NCBI RefSeq assembly: GCF_004010195.1
Contig: NC_057728.1
Span: forward strand, 43,431,989 to 43,495,988
Source: Chiloscyllium plagiosum
Lineage: Eukaryota
DNA: 64,000 bases
Direction of reading: 5' to 3'
This document shows, one piece after another, positions 13,001 through 25,872 of the stretch (the first letter of the stretch is position 1; the number at the start of each line of letters is the position of its first letter). A program made the position numbers and the translations under genes. The notes under the pieces are model-generated. The model had not been told where the DNA came from, searched no databases, and was given only the letters and a program-made list of their open reading frames with translations.

Positions 13001-15201
13001 TTATGGACAGCTTAGGAATAAACCAATTCAAATCTACTGCATACCATCCAGCATCGCAGGGAGTGCTAAAAAATGACATCAGACATTAAAGACCATGTCA
13101 AAGGCTTATAGGCGACTACCCAGATGATTGGGATAAAGGAATTTCATTTGTACTTTTTGCCATCCGAGATGCACCAAATGAATTGACCAAATTCAGTCCC
13201 TTTGAATTCATTTTTGGACATGAAGTGAGAGGACCGCCAAAATTGATGAAGGAGAAAATGGAAAGTCATAATTCAGAGAACACATATTTGGACTATGTGT
13301 CAGATTTTAGGCAAAGATTAAATAGAGCGGGGGACTTGGCTAGATAGCATTTAAATGTATCACAGCATGCAATGAAACAGGAAGCAGACAGGAAATCAAA
13401 AACTCAGTTTTGCTATCGGAGATAAGGTGTTAATGTTACTTCCAGTGATAGGTGAACCTTGAAATGCAAGGTTTAGTGGACCTTATCAAATTGAAAGAAG
13501 GTTGAGTGAGGTGAACTATTTGATAAGGACTCCAGACAGAAATAAATCTCTCAGAGTGTCATGTGAATATGCTCAAAAGGTACTTTGACAGAGAAGGAAA
13601 GTAAAAGAAGACTGTGTTATTGGTTACAAAACAGAGCAAAGAATCAAGTTCAGAGAATTCTGAATTGGACATTCCTCAAATTGAATTGGGATAAATTATT
13701 GGGTGACCTTCCAGAGGAAAATTGAAATGACCTAAAGAGTTATTACTTTCACATAGGGGGATATGTTGAAATAAGCTGGTAAGTACTAACCTAATTATGA
13801 ATTATGTAGATTTTGCAGATGCTGCTCCAATTCAACAATGTCCTTATAAGCATAACGCTATAAAGTTGGCACAGGTTCAAAATGAGATTGAACGTGTACT
13901 CCAAGACGACATAATCAAAGTTAGTTACAGTGACTGGACCTCACCCATAGTAATCGTGCCAAATGGTTATGTATGGACTATTGCAAATTCAATGCAGTTA
14001 CAAAGACTGATGCATATCCAATTCCGCATTTAGAAGACTGAATTGAAAAGGTGGGACAAGCAACTTATATTTCTAAGTTGGACTTGCTCAGAGGATACTG
14101 GCAGGTACCTCTGACTGAAAGAGTGAAGATAATTTCAGCTTTTTAAACACCAAATGGACTATATCAATTTAAAGTCATGCTGTTTGGTATGAAAACTCCA
14201 CCAGCCACATTTCAAAGACAAACCAATAAGATAATTTCTGGATTACCCAATTGTGTTGTATATATAGATAATCTAATGATTTTTAGTCACACATAGAAAT
14301 TTTATCCAAATTGTTACATTGAATTCAGGAGGTAGACTTGGTGATAAACCTAGATAAAAGTGAATTTGACAAAGCTTAAGTCACCTTTCTGGGCCATGTT
14401 ACTGGACATGTACAAATGGCCCCACAGAACACCAAAGCTAATTGGGGAGTTTCCCCTACTATCATCAAAAAGAGCAGTACTACGATTCCTGGGATTGAGT
14501 GGATTTTATCAAAGATTCATACCAAATTTTAGCAGTGTGGCTGCTCCACTGAAGACAGGCAAGACATTTCAGTAGACAGCAGACTGTCAGAAGGCTTTTG
14601 ACAGCCTGAAAGCTGTGTTAACCACTGCCCCGGGATAAGGCATACCTAATTATGCAAAGCCATTCAAGGTGGCTATCGATGCGAGTGATGTGGGTGTTGG
14701 TGCTGTCCTCTTACAGGAAGATGACGTGAAGATAGAAAGACCTATCACGTATTTCTCCAGGAAATTGAACATTCTTTAGCAGAAATATTCGACAGTTGAA
14801 AAGGCGACTTTGAGCTTGGTGTTGGTGTTACAACAGCTTAATATATATGTTACCAGCAATGTATCTGAGACAATCATATACAGTGATCATAACCCAAAGA
14901 AGTTTGTGAAGAAATTTAAGGACAAAAATTCTAGACTGTTTACATGGAGTTTGTTGTTACAGCAATTCAATTTGAAAATTGTGCATGTGGCAGGATGAGA
15001 AAACGTGATTGCCGACGCATTGTCAAGACTTGGCTGAAAAATGGAGGCGTTCGGTGGCAGGAGTAAATGGACTGAAACAGAATGTAGTAGTGCATGTTTG
15101 CAAGTTTATAGTCAATGTAATGTATATGGGAGTTGTAAGATTAAGGAGTTTTAAAATGAAGCCACCGTTGAATATTGATGGTTCATTTTTTCAAGGGGAG
15201 G

Positions 15202-15819
15202 TCTGACAATGCTGCTTCTTTAACAAGATTATGTTGTCCTTGTTTTTTTAAGAGGGGTCATAAAGTCATGGGTTCTGAGATGTCTCATTATGCTACTTGA
15301 AGACACTTTTAAATTTAAAAAAAACTTGGACAATGAAAGGAGAGTAGCCAGTTTTTCCAGCTCAGCTTTTCTCTAGTTTGTTTTGATTTTTGCAGTCTAG
15401 CTGTTCAGAGTTACTGGTCAGTTTAAGCTGGAGAATCAAAAGAAACAACTACATGGAAGAAGGTGTTCCATGCTGAATCTCTCTTCCATCTCTCTCTCCT
15501 GTAAGAACTTGTGTTTGATTTTTCCTTCTTGCCAAGGGGGTGTTTATGGGGTCTGTTGCAGACATTTGGAACAGCATCATTAAGTTGGGATGGTCTGTTG
15601 GGTTTTCGGATAGGTTAAGTTATTTTGTGTTCTGTTCTCTTTCGTTTGTTTAATTTGGTACTCTGCAAATAAATTCTGTTTTGTTGAAAATCAAGGGGTT
15701 TTGACCAGCTGCATCACTTCTGGCATATCACCATCACATGTGCTTAAAATAACTAGAAAAGTCAGGGACTGGGCTACCTTCTTGAAATGTTCTGTGGGGG
15801 TCTGGCTTGGTCCATTACA
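15202..15819 (+). repeat. 3' LTR of Gmr1-type element
   Basis: TCTGACAATGCTGC...CCATTACA, directly after the PPT. Confidence 0.9.
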
Positions 15820-15889
15820 CATAGCACGTTTCTGGTGTTTTCCAGTGGACAAACTGATCATTTGCGAGAGTTTGAATAATGTAAATATT

Positions 15890-18800
15890 TGAAAGTTTAA
15901 GAAGGAAATTGAAGGGAAAGTTAGAACAAGAGAAGTCAAGAAAGACAACGGTATCAATCGAGCAGAAAACTCAAGAAGGGATCATGCCGTAAGGTTGAGT
16001 GAAATAGGGATTGATAGAAAGGGTGAGGGCAGTAACAAATTAAAAATATTACATATGAAAGCACGAAGCATTAGAAATAAGGTGGATGAGCTTGAGGCTC
16101 ATTTGGAAATTGGCAGTTACCATGTTATGGGGATAACGGAGACGTGGCTTCAAGTGGACAGGGCCTGGGAAATGAATATTCAAGGCTATACGTGCTATCA
16201 TAAGGACAGACTGACGGGCAGAGGGGGTGGGGTGGTCCTATTGGTAAGGAATGATATTCAGTCCTTTGCGCGGGAGGACCAAGAATCAGGGGATGTAGAG
16301 TCAGTATGGATAGAGCTGAGAAATTCTAAGGGTAGAAAGACCCTCATGGGAGTTATCTATAGGCCCCCAAACAGTAGTCTGGATGTAGGGAGTAAGCTGA
16401 ATAAGGAGCTGAAATTCACCTGTCGCAAAGATATTACTACAGTTGTTATGGGGGATTTCAACATGCAGGTAGACTGGGAGTGGTACTGGACCCCAAGAAA
16501 GAGAGTTTGTGGAGTGCCTCCGAGATGGATTCTTAGAACAGCTGGTGCTGGAGCCTACCATGAAGAAGGCAATTCTGGATCTGGTGTTGTGCAACGAACC
16601 GGATTTGATCAGGGACCTCGAAGTGAAGGAGCCATGAGGAGGTAGTGACCATACAATAAGCTTTGGAATATAAGCTTTGGACCATAAGCTTTGGACCATA
16701 CAATACAATAAGCTTTAATCTGCAATTTGAAAGGAAGAGGGTACAATCGGAAGTGACAATATTTCAGTTGAATAAAGGGAACTATGGAGCTATGAGGGAG
16801 GAGCTGGCCAAAGTTCAATGGTGCAATACCCTAGCAGGGATGGCAGTGGAGCAACAATGGCAGGTATTTCTGGGTATAATGCAGAAGATGCAGGATCAGT
16901 TCATTCCAAAAAGGAAGAAAGATCCTAAGAGGGAGGCAGGGTGACCGTGGCTGGCGAGGGAAGTTAAGAAATATATAAAGTCAAAAGAGAAAAAGTATAA
17001 CATAGCAAAGATGAGTGGGAAAACGGAGGACTGGGAAGCTTTTATAGAACAACAGAGGATAACTAAGAAGGAAATAGGCAGAGTAAAAATGAGGTACAAA
17101 GGTAAACTGGCCAAAAATATAAAGGAGGAAAGTAAAAGCTTTTTTAGGTATGTGAAAGGTAAAGAAATGGTTAAGACTAAAATTGGGCCCTTGAAGACAG
17201 AAACGGGTGAATGTATTACGGGGAACAAAGAAATGGCAGAAGAGTTGAATTGGTACTTCAGATCTGTGTTCACTGGGGAAGACACAAGCAATCTCCCAGA
17301 GGTAATAGTGGCTGAAGGACCTGAACTGATGGGAATTTATATTTGCCAGAAAATGGTGTTGGAGAGACTGTTAGGTCTGAAGGCTGATAAGTCCCCAGGA
17401 GCTGATGGTCTACATCCCAGGGTACTGAGGGAGGTGGCTTTAGAAATCGTGGATGCATTGGTGATCATTTTCCAATGTTCTATAGATTCAGGATCAGTTC
17501 CTGTGGATTGGAGGGTTGCTAATGTTGTCCCACTTTTTAAGAAAGGAGGGAGAGAGAAAGCAGGGAAATTATAGACCAGTTAGTCTGACCTCAGTGGTGG
17601 GAAAAATGCTGGAGTCAATTATAAAGGATGAAATTACCACACATCTGGATAGCAGTAACAGGATAGGTCAGAGTCAGCATGAATTTATGAAGGGAAAATC
17701 ATGCATAACTAATCTTCTGGATTTTTTTGAGGATGTAACTCTGAAGATGGACAAGGGAGATCCAGTGGATGGCATGTACCTGGACTTTCAGAAAGCCTTT
17801 GATAAAGTCCCACATAGGAGGTTAGTGAGCAAAATTAGGGCGCATGGTATTGGGGGCAAAATACTGACTTGGATTGAAAATTGGTTGGCTGACAGGAAAC
17901 AAAGAGTAGTGATAAACAGCTCCCTTTTGGAATGGCAGGCGGTGACCAGTGGGGTACCGCAGGGATCAGTGCTGGGACTGCAGCTTTTTACAATATACAT
18001 TAATGATATAGATGATGGTATTAAAAGTAATATTAGCAAATTTGCTGATGATAAAAAGTTGGGTGGCAGGGTGAAATGTGAGGAGGATGTTAGGCTGACC
18101 TGGACAGGCTAGATGAGTGGACAGATGCATGGCAGATGCAGTTTAATGTGGATAAATGTATGGTTATCCACTTTGGTGGCAAGAACAGGAAGGCAGATTA
18201 CTACGTAAATGGAGTCAAGTTAGGTAAAGGGGCAGTACAACGAGATCTAGGTGTATTCTTGTACATCAGTCAATGAAAGCAAGCATGCAGGTACAGCAGG
18301 CAGAAAGCTAAAAGCATGCTGGCCTTCATAATAAGAGGAATAGAGTATAGAAGCAAAGAGGTTCTTCTGCAGCTGTACAGGGCCCTGGTGAGACCGCACC
18401 TGGAATATTGTGTGCAGTTTTGGTCTCCAAATTTGAGGAATGACATTCTGGCTATTGAGGGAGTGCAGCGTAGGTTCACAAGGTCAATTCCCGGAATGGC
18501 GGGACTATCTTACATTGAAAGATTGGAGAGACTGGGCTTGTATACCCTTGAGTTTAGAAGGCTGAGAGGGGATCTGATTATTAAAGGATTGGACAATCTG
18601 GAGGCAGGAAGCATGTTTCCGCTGATGGGTGAGTCCCGAACCAGAGGACACAGATTAAAAATAAGGGGTAGGCCATTAAGAACAGAGTTGAGGAGAAACT
18701 TCTTCACCCAGAAGGTGGTGAGAGTGTGGAATGCTTTGCCCCAGAAGGCTGTGGAGGCCAAGTCTCTGGATAATTTCAAGAAAGAGTTGGATAGAGCTCT

Positions 18801-18940
18801 TAAGGATAGTGGAATCAAGGGTTATGGGGATAAGGCAGAAACAGGATACTGATTGAGGATGATCAGCCATGATCATAATAACTGGTGGTGCTGGCTCAAA
18901 AGGCAGAATATCCTACTCCTGCACCTATTGTCTACTGTCC
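15890..18940 (+). mobile_element. CR1 LINE with near-complete but disrupted ORF2 (APE endonuclease + RT)
   Basis: ARSIRNK, GITETWL, VMGDFN, NYRPVSLTS, YLDFQKAFDKVPH, GVPQGSVLG, KFADD, WNALP, and 3' stem-loop. Confidence 0.95.
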
Positions 18941-20507
18941 ATTAAGGAGGGAGAAAGTGTTTGGTATTCCATAAGGTACTAGAATAAGGTGGACAAGTTC
19001 CCAGGTCCAGATGGGATCTATCCCAGGTTAGTGAGGGAAGTGAGAGAGGAAATAGTGGGGCCTGAACAAATACCTTTGTAGCATCCTTGAACACGGGTGA
19101 GATCCTGCAAGACTGAAGAATTGCTAATGTTGTCCCCTTGTTTAAGATGGGTAGCAAGTATAATCTGGGTAATTACAGACCGGTGAGCCTGATGTCGGTG
19201 GTAGCAAAGCTGCTGAAAGAAAATGGGGTTATCAGTAATAGGATCATGGTTTTGTGCAGAGTATGTCATGTTTTACCAACTTAATAGAATTATTTGAGGA
19301 AGTGACAAAGTTAGTTGATGAAGGAAGGGCTGTAGATGTCATGTACATGGACTTCAGTAAGATGTTTGATAAAGTTCCCCAGATTAGACTGATGGAGAAA
19401 GTGAAGTCACATGGGGTCCAGGATGTACTAGCTAGATGGATAGAGGACTGGCTAGGCAACAGGAGACAGAGAGTAGTAGTGGAAGGGAGTTTCTCAAAAT
19501 GGACAACTGTGACTAGTAGTATTCTACAGGGATCTGTGTTGGGACCACTGTTGTTTGTGATATACATAAATGACCTGGTGGAAGGTACAGGTGGTCTGAT
19601 TAGCAAGTTCACAAGTGACACAAAGATTGGTGGAGTGGTGGATAGTAAAGGGACTGTCAGAGAGTTGGGCAAAGAAATGACAGATGGAGTTCAATCTGGG
19701 AAAATGCGAGGTGATAAATTTTGGAAGATCCAATTCAAGAGCGAACCATATGGTAAATGGAAAAGCCCTGGGGAAAACTGATGTACAGAGAGATCTGGGT
19801 TTTCAGGTCCATTGTATCCTGAATGTGGCAACGCAGGTTGATAGAGTGGTCAAGAAGTCACATGGCATGCTTTCCTTCATTGACGGGGCATTGAGTACAA
19901 GAATTGGCAGGTCATGTTACAGTCGTATAGGACTTTGGTTCAGCCACATTTGGAATACTGTGTATAGTTCTGGTCGCCACATTACCAGAAGGATATAGAT
20001 GCTTTGGAGAGGGTGCAGAGGAGGTTCACCAGGTTGTTGCCTGGTATGGAGAGTGCTAGCTATGAAGAGAGATTGAATAGATTAGGAATATTTTCATTAG
20101 AAAGACAGAGGTTTGGCGGGGGGGGGGGGGGATCTGATTGAGGTCGACAAAATCATAGAGGGATATACAGGGTGGATAGAAAAAAAACTCTTTCCAAGAG
20201 TGGGCGAGTCAACTACTCAGGATCACAAGTTCAAGGTGAGAGGAGAAAAGCTAAAGGGAGAAATGCGTGGAAATTTCTTTATGGAGAGCATGAAGGGTGT
20301 CTGGAATGCATTGCCAGTGTAGGTGGTAGAAGCGGGCATGATAGTGTCATTTAAGATATATCGAGACAGAAACATGAATGGGCATGGCGCAGAGAGATAC
20401 AGATCCTTAGAAAACAGCTAACAGATTTAGATAGACGATCTGGATCACCGCAGGCTTGGAGGGGCAAAGGACCTGTTCCTGTGTTGTAATTTTCTTTGTT
20501 CTTTGTT
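18941..20507 (+). mobile_element. 5'-truncated CR1 LINE (different subfamily)
   Basis: YMDFSKMFDKVP, LQGSVLGP; TTCTTTG-repeat tail. Confidence 0.92.
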
Positions 20508-21214
20508 ATATATACTAATAAGCAAGTTGCTACTGCTACTGTCATATTAGAAAAAAAAGATATGAAAATTTGAAATTTGATATTCTTGCATTTTTCCTGA
20601 TGGGTACATTACACAAAGCTTTGGCAACATATCGCTCCTTTCACCAATATTTAACTAACTTATATTGCGAACATAATGTCAAAAAAATTTACCGAGAGGG
20701 TGTTTTGAATGTGAAACTTGTCAGTTCATGGCATAAAGGATGCAAATAGACCTCAAAGGTGAAGCAAAATGAATATATGATGGATGAAAGAATATAGTGT
20801 TATGATAATAGAATTAGATTAACTCAGATGAGAGATTGGAGTAAAACACAATATGAACATAGATCATTTAGGTTCAATAGTTTGCTTCTCTGCTAGAAGT
20901 TCATTGTGATTATCTTTGCAACCTAGTTTCTCTTTCAAATGCATAATGTGATGGTAGCTTCAGAACTGGGAACTAACCTATACATTATTAACAAACAGCT
21001 GCATATCCATGGAGTAGAACTTTTTGTCATTGAATCAGACAAAGCCACTGGTTCAGATCCAGAAAGTCACAGAGGCCCACAGTATAGAAGAAGGCCCTTC
21101 AGCCCACTGGATCCACGCCAGTCAAAACTAACCACCCATTATTCTAAACACATTTTTTTGCACTTGGCCCATAGCCTTATATGCCTTAGTATCGCAAGTG
21201 CCTACCTAAATACT

Positions 21215-24200
21215 CAGAGTCATAGAGATGTACAGCATGGAAATAGACCCTTCGGTCCAACCTGTCCATGCCAACCAGATATCCCAACCCAATCTAGTCC
21301 CACCTGCCAGCACCTGGCCCATATCCCTCCAAACCCTTCCTATTCATATACCAATCCAAATGCCTCTTAAGTGTTGTAATTGTACCAGCCTCCACCACTT
21401 CCTCTCGCAGCTCAGTCCATACAAGTAACACCCTCTGTGTGAAAACGTTGCCCCTGAGGTCTCTTTTATATCTTTCCCATCTCACCCTAAACATATGCTC
21501 TCTAGTTCTGGACTCCCTGACCCCAGGGAAAAGACTTTGTCTATTTATCCTATCCATGCCTTCATAATTTTGTAAACCTCGATAAAATCACCCCTCAGCC
21601 TCCGACGCTCCAGGGAAAACAGACCCAGCTGGGTCAGTTTCTCCCTATAGCTCAAATCCTCCAACCATGGCAACATCCTTGTAAATCTTTTCTGAGTCCT
21701 TTCAAGTTTCACAACATCTTTCCGATAGGAAGGAGACCAGAACTGCACGCAATATTCCAACAGTGGCCTAACTAATGTCCTGTACAGCCGCAACATGGCC
21801 TCCCAACTCCTGTACTCAATACTCTGACCAATAAAGGAAAGCATACCAAATGCTTTCTTCATTATCCTATCTACTGTAACTCCATTTTCAAGGAGCTCTG
21901 AACCTGCACTTCAAGGTCTCTTTGTTCAGCAACACTCTCTAGGACCTTACCCATTAAGTGTACAAGTTCTGCTAAGATTTGCTTTCCCAAAATGCAGCAC
22001 CTCGCATTTTTCAAAATTAAACTCTATCTGCCACTTCTCAGCCCATTGGCCCATCTGGTCAAGATCCTGTTGTAATCTGAGGTAACCCCCTTTGCTGTCC
22101 ACTACACCTCCAATTTTGGTGTCATTTGCAAACTTACTAACTGTACTTCTTATGCCCACATCCAAATCATTTATGTAAATGACAAAAAGTAGAGGATCCA
22201 GCAGCGATCCTTGTGGCACTCCACTGGTCACATGCCTACAGTCTGAAAAACAACCCTCCATCACCACCTTCTGTCTTCTACTTTTGAGCCAGTTCTTTAT
22301 CTAAATGGCTAGTTCTCCCTGTATTCCATGAGATCTAANNNNNNNNNNNNNNNNNNNNNNNNNNNNNNNNNNNNNNNNNNNNNNNNNNNNNNNNNNNNNN
22401 NNNNNNNNNNNNNNNNNNNNNNNNNNNNNNNNNNNNNNNNNNNNNNNNNNNNNNNNNNNNNNNNNNNNNNNNNNNNNNNNNNNNNNNNNNNNNNNNNNNN
22501 NNNNNNNNNNNNNNNNNNNNNNNNNNNNNNNNNNNNNNNNNNNNNNNNNNNNNNNNNNNNNNNNNNNNNNNNNNNNNNNNNNNNNNNNNNNNNNNNNNNN
22601 NNNNNNNNNNNNNNNNNNNNNNNNNNNNNNNNNNNNNNNNNNNNNNNNNNNNNNNNNNNNNNNNNNNNNNNNNNNNNNNNNNNNNNNNNNNNNNNNNNNN
22701 NNNNNNNNNNNNNNNNNNNNNNNNNNNNNNNNNNNNNNNNNNNNNNNNNNNNNNNNNNNNNNNNNNNNNNNNNNNNNNNNNNNNNNNNNNNNNNNNNNNN
22801 NNNNNNNNNNNNNNNNNNNNNNNNNNNNNNNNNNNNNNNNNNNNNNNNNNNNNNNNNNNTGTCCTCATCAATTTTCTTTGTTACTTCTTCAAAAAACCCA
22901 GTCAAGTTTGTGAGACATGATTTCCCACGCACAAAGCCATGTTGACTATCCCTAATCAGTCCTTGCCTTTCCAAATAAATGTACATCCTGTCCCTCAGGA
23001 TTCCCTCCAACAACTTGCCCACCACCAAGGTCAGGCTCACTGGTCTATAGTTCCCTGACTTGTCCTTACCACCCTTCTTAAACAGTGGCATGTTTGGCAA
23101 CTTCCAGTCTTCCGGAACCTCACCTGTGACTATCGATGATACAAATATTTCAGCAAGAGGCCCAGCAATCACATCGCTAGCTTCCCACAGAGTACACCTG
23201 ATCAGGTCCTGGGAATTTATCCATTTTATGTGTTTCAAGACATCCAGCACTTCCTCCATTGTAATATGGACATTTTGCAAGATGTCACCATCTATTTCCC
23301 TACAGTCTATATCTTCCATTTCCTTTTCCACAGTAAATACTGATCCAAAATACTCATTTCGTATCTCCCCCATTTTCTGCGGTTCCACACAAAGGCCGCC
23401 TTGCTGATCTTTGACGGCCCCTATTCTCTCCCTAGTTACCCTTTTGTCCTTAATGTATTTGTAAAAACCCTTTGAATTCTCCTTAATTCTATTTGTCAAA
23501 CTATCTCATGTCCCCTTTTTGCCCTCCTGATTTCCCTCGAGTATACTCCTACTTCCTTTATACTCTTCTGAGGATTCACTCGATCTATCCTGTCTATACC
23601 TTACATATGCTTCCTTCTTTTTCTTATCCCACCCTTCAACTTCTTTAGTCATCCAGCATTACCTATACCTACCAGCCTTTCCTTTCACCCTGACAGGAGT
23701 ATACTTTCTCTGGATTCTTGTTATCTTATTTCTGAAGGCTTCCAATTTTCCAGCTGTCCCTTTACCTGCGAACATCTGCCCCCAATCAGCTTTCGAAAGT
23801 CCTTGCCCAATACCATCAAAATTGGCCTTTCTCCAATGTAAAACTTCAACTTTTAGATCTAGTCTATCCTTTTCCATCACTATTTTAATTCTAATAGAAT
23901 TATGGTCGCTCGCCCCAAAGTGCTCCCACACTGACATCTCAGTCACCTGCCCTGCCTTATTTCCCAAGAGTAGGTCAAGTTTTGCACCTTCTCTAGTAGG
24001 TACATCCACATACTGAATCAGAAAATGTTCTTGTATGCACTTAACAAATTCCTCTCCATCTAAACCTTTTACACTATGGCAGTCCAAGTCTATGTTTGGA
24101 AAGTTAAAATCCCCTATCATAACCACTCTATTATTCTTACAGATAGCTGAGATCTCCTTACAAGTTTGTTTCTCAATTTCCCTCTGACTATTAGCGGGTC

Positions 24201-25872
24201 TATAATGCAATCCCAGTAAGGTGATCATCCCTTTCTTATTTCTCAGTTCCACCCAAATAACTTTCCTGGGTGTATTTCAGGAGATATCCTCCCTCAGCAC
24301 AGCTGTAATGCTATCCCTTATCAAAAATGCCACTCCCCCTCCTCTCTTGCCTCCCTTTCTATCCTTCTTGTAGCATTTGTATTCTGGAACATGAAGCTGC
24401 CAGTCCTGCCCATTTCTGAGCCATGTTTCTGTAATTGCTATGATATCCCAGTCCCATGTTCCTAACCATGCCCTGAGTTCATCTGCCTTCCCTGTTAGCC
24501 CCTTTCCATTGAAAAAAATGCAGTTTAATTTTTAGTCCCCCCTTGTCCCTGCTTGCCCTGACTGTTTGACTCGCTTCTGTTCTCAACTGTACCAGTCTCA
24601 GATTGATCTCTTTCCTCACTGTCTCCCTGGGTCCCACCCCTTCTCTCTCCCCCCCCCCCCCCTTACTAGTTTAAATCCTCCCAAGCAGTTCTAGCAAATT
24701 TCACTGCCAGTATATTAGTCCCCTTCCAATTTAGGTGCAATCCGTCCTTCTTGTACAGGTCACTTCCACCTCAAAAGAGATTCCAATGATCCAAAAATGT
24801 GAATCCTTCTCCCATACACCAGCTCCTCAGCCATGCATTCATCTGCTCTATTCTCCTATTCCTGTCTTCACTAGCTCATAGCACTGGCAGTAATCCAGAT
24901 ATTACTACCCTCGAGGACCTCCTTTTTAAATTTCTGCCTAACTCTCTGTAATCTCCCTTCAGAATCGCAACCTTTACCCTTGCTATGTCGTTGGTTCCAA
25001 TGTGGACAATGACCTCTTGCTGGCCCCTCTTCCCCGTGAGAACATTCTGCACCCTCTCTGAGACATCCTTGATCCTGGTACCAGGGAAGCAACACACCAC
25101 TCTGCTTTCTCGCTGCTGGCCACAGAAACGTGTCTGTCCCTCAGACTACAGAATCCCCTAACACAATTAATCTCTCGGAAGCTGATGTACCACTCATTGC
25201 ATTATGGCAGATATAATCCGCAGTAACCCTTAAACTTTCCTTAAACTTCTCCATCTGATAAGAAGTACATATCACTGTACTAAAGGCTATTTTGCTCCTT
25301 CATAATCTACAGACCCAGAAAATAACACCATCTTATTCCTCTACAAAACACTTCCCCAGGTTAAATTAATAGTTATGGCTTATATTTTAAGTTTAATCAA
25401 GAGACATATCTTCAAAAAACATATAATCAAGAAAGAACCCACTCTACTCATTACTGCAGCCTTTCTGTTGGACAGACTTAAAATAACAATTAACTTATCT
25501 GATTCTGTGCTGTGAACTTTGCCCAAACAGGTTCCTCCAAGATTAGTTGTGAACTTCACTGTTTGTCAATTTTCCCAGACCCACTCCGATGTCCAGCGAT
25601 ACATGAATTCAAAACAGCAAAGGCTCTCTCTCTCATTTCTTCTGCACTGTCCTCAACATGTGCTTCCTTTGTCTGTTCTTCTCCCTTTTAAAACTGCTGT
25701 TGTTTTGACTTTTTTTCCCCAAAGTTCCAAAGCAATGCACCAGCATATAAAACAGTAATTGCTGCTCCTGGAATTCGAGGAAATCACCTTCAGCACCTAA
25801 AATACCTCTAAAAAAGGAGCAGCTGTTACAGCCAGAAATTTTTCCCATCCTCCGTCTTGGATTACCCAGAAT
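21215..25872 (-). mobile_element. Near full-length CR1 (HER1-like): 5'UTR, ORF1 SGNH esterase remnant, ORF2 APE-RT
   Basis: ORF1 CCFPGTRIKDV..VHIGTNDI (24876-25100); EN MIGDFNFP..SDHN; RT GVPQGS; CTCTATGACTCT tail. Confidence 0.95.
22339..22859. other. Assembly gap (521 N)
   Basis: Run of N. Confidence 1.

Larger units (their letters stand above)
9319..15819 (+). mobile_element. Full-length degenerate Gmr1-type Ty3/Gypsy LTR retrotransposon
   Basis: LTRs 9319-10076 and 15202-15819; tRNA-Pro-like PBS TGGAGGCTCATTTGGGAT at 10080; PPT AAGGGGAGG; TSD CATG/CATA; order gag (ISFEKMAKQMQWP), PR (ILRDTGS ~11900), INT (HHCC ~12610-12735, QSDQGSHF ~12955), RT (~13800-14400), RNaseH (IDASDVG ~14675); many stops and frameshifts. 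Confidence 0.92.

Noticed and set aside
15995..18852. Active CR1 ORF2
   Set aside because: Multiple frameshifts and stops split it into fragments
22309..23499. Long ORFs of 178-396 aa
   Set aside because: Artefacts of translating through the N gap within CR1 ORF2
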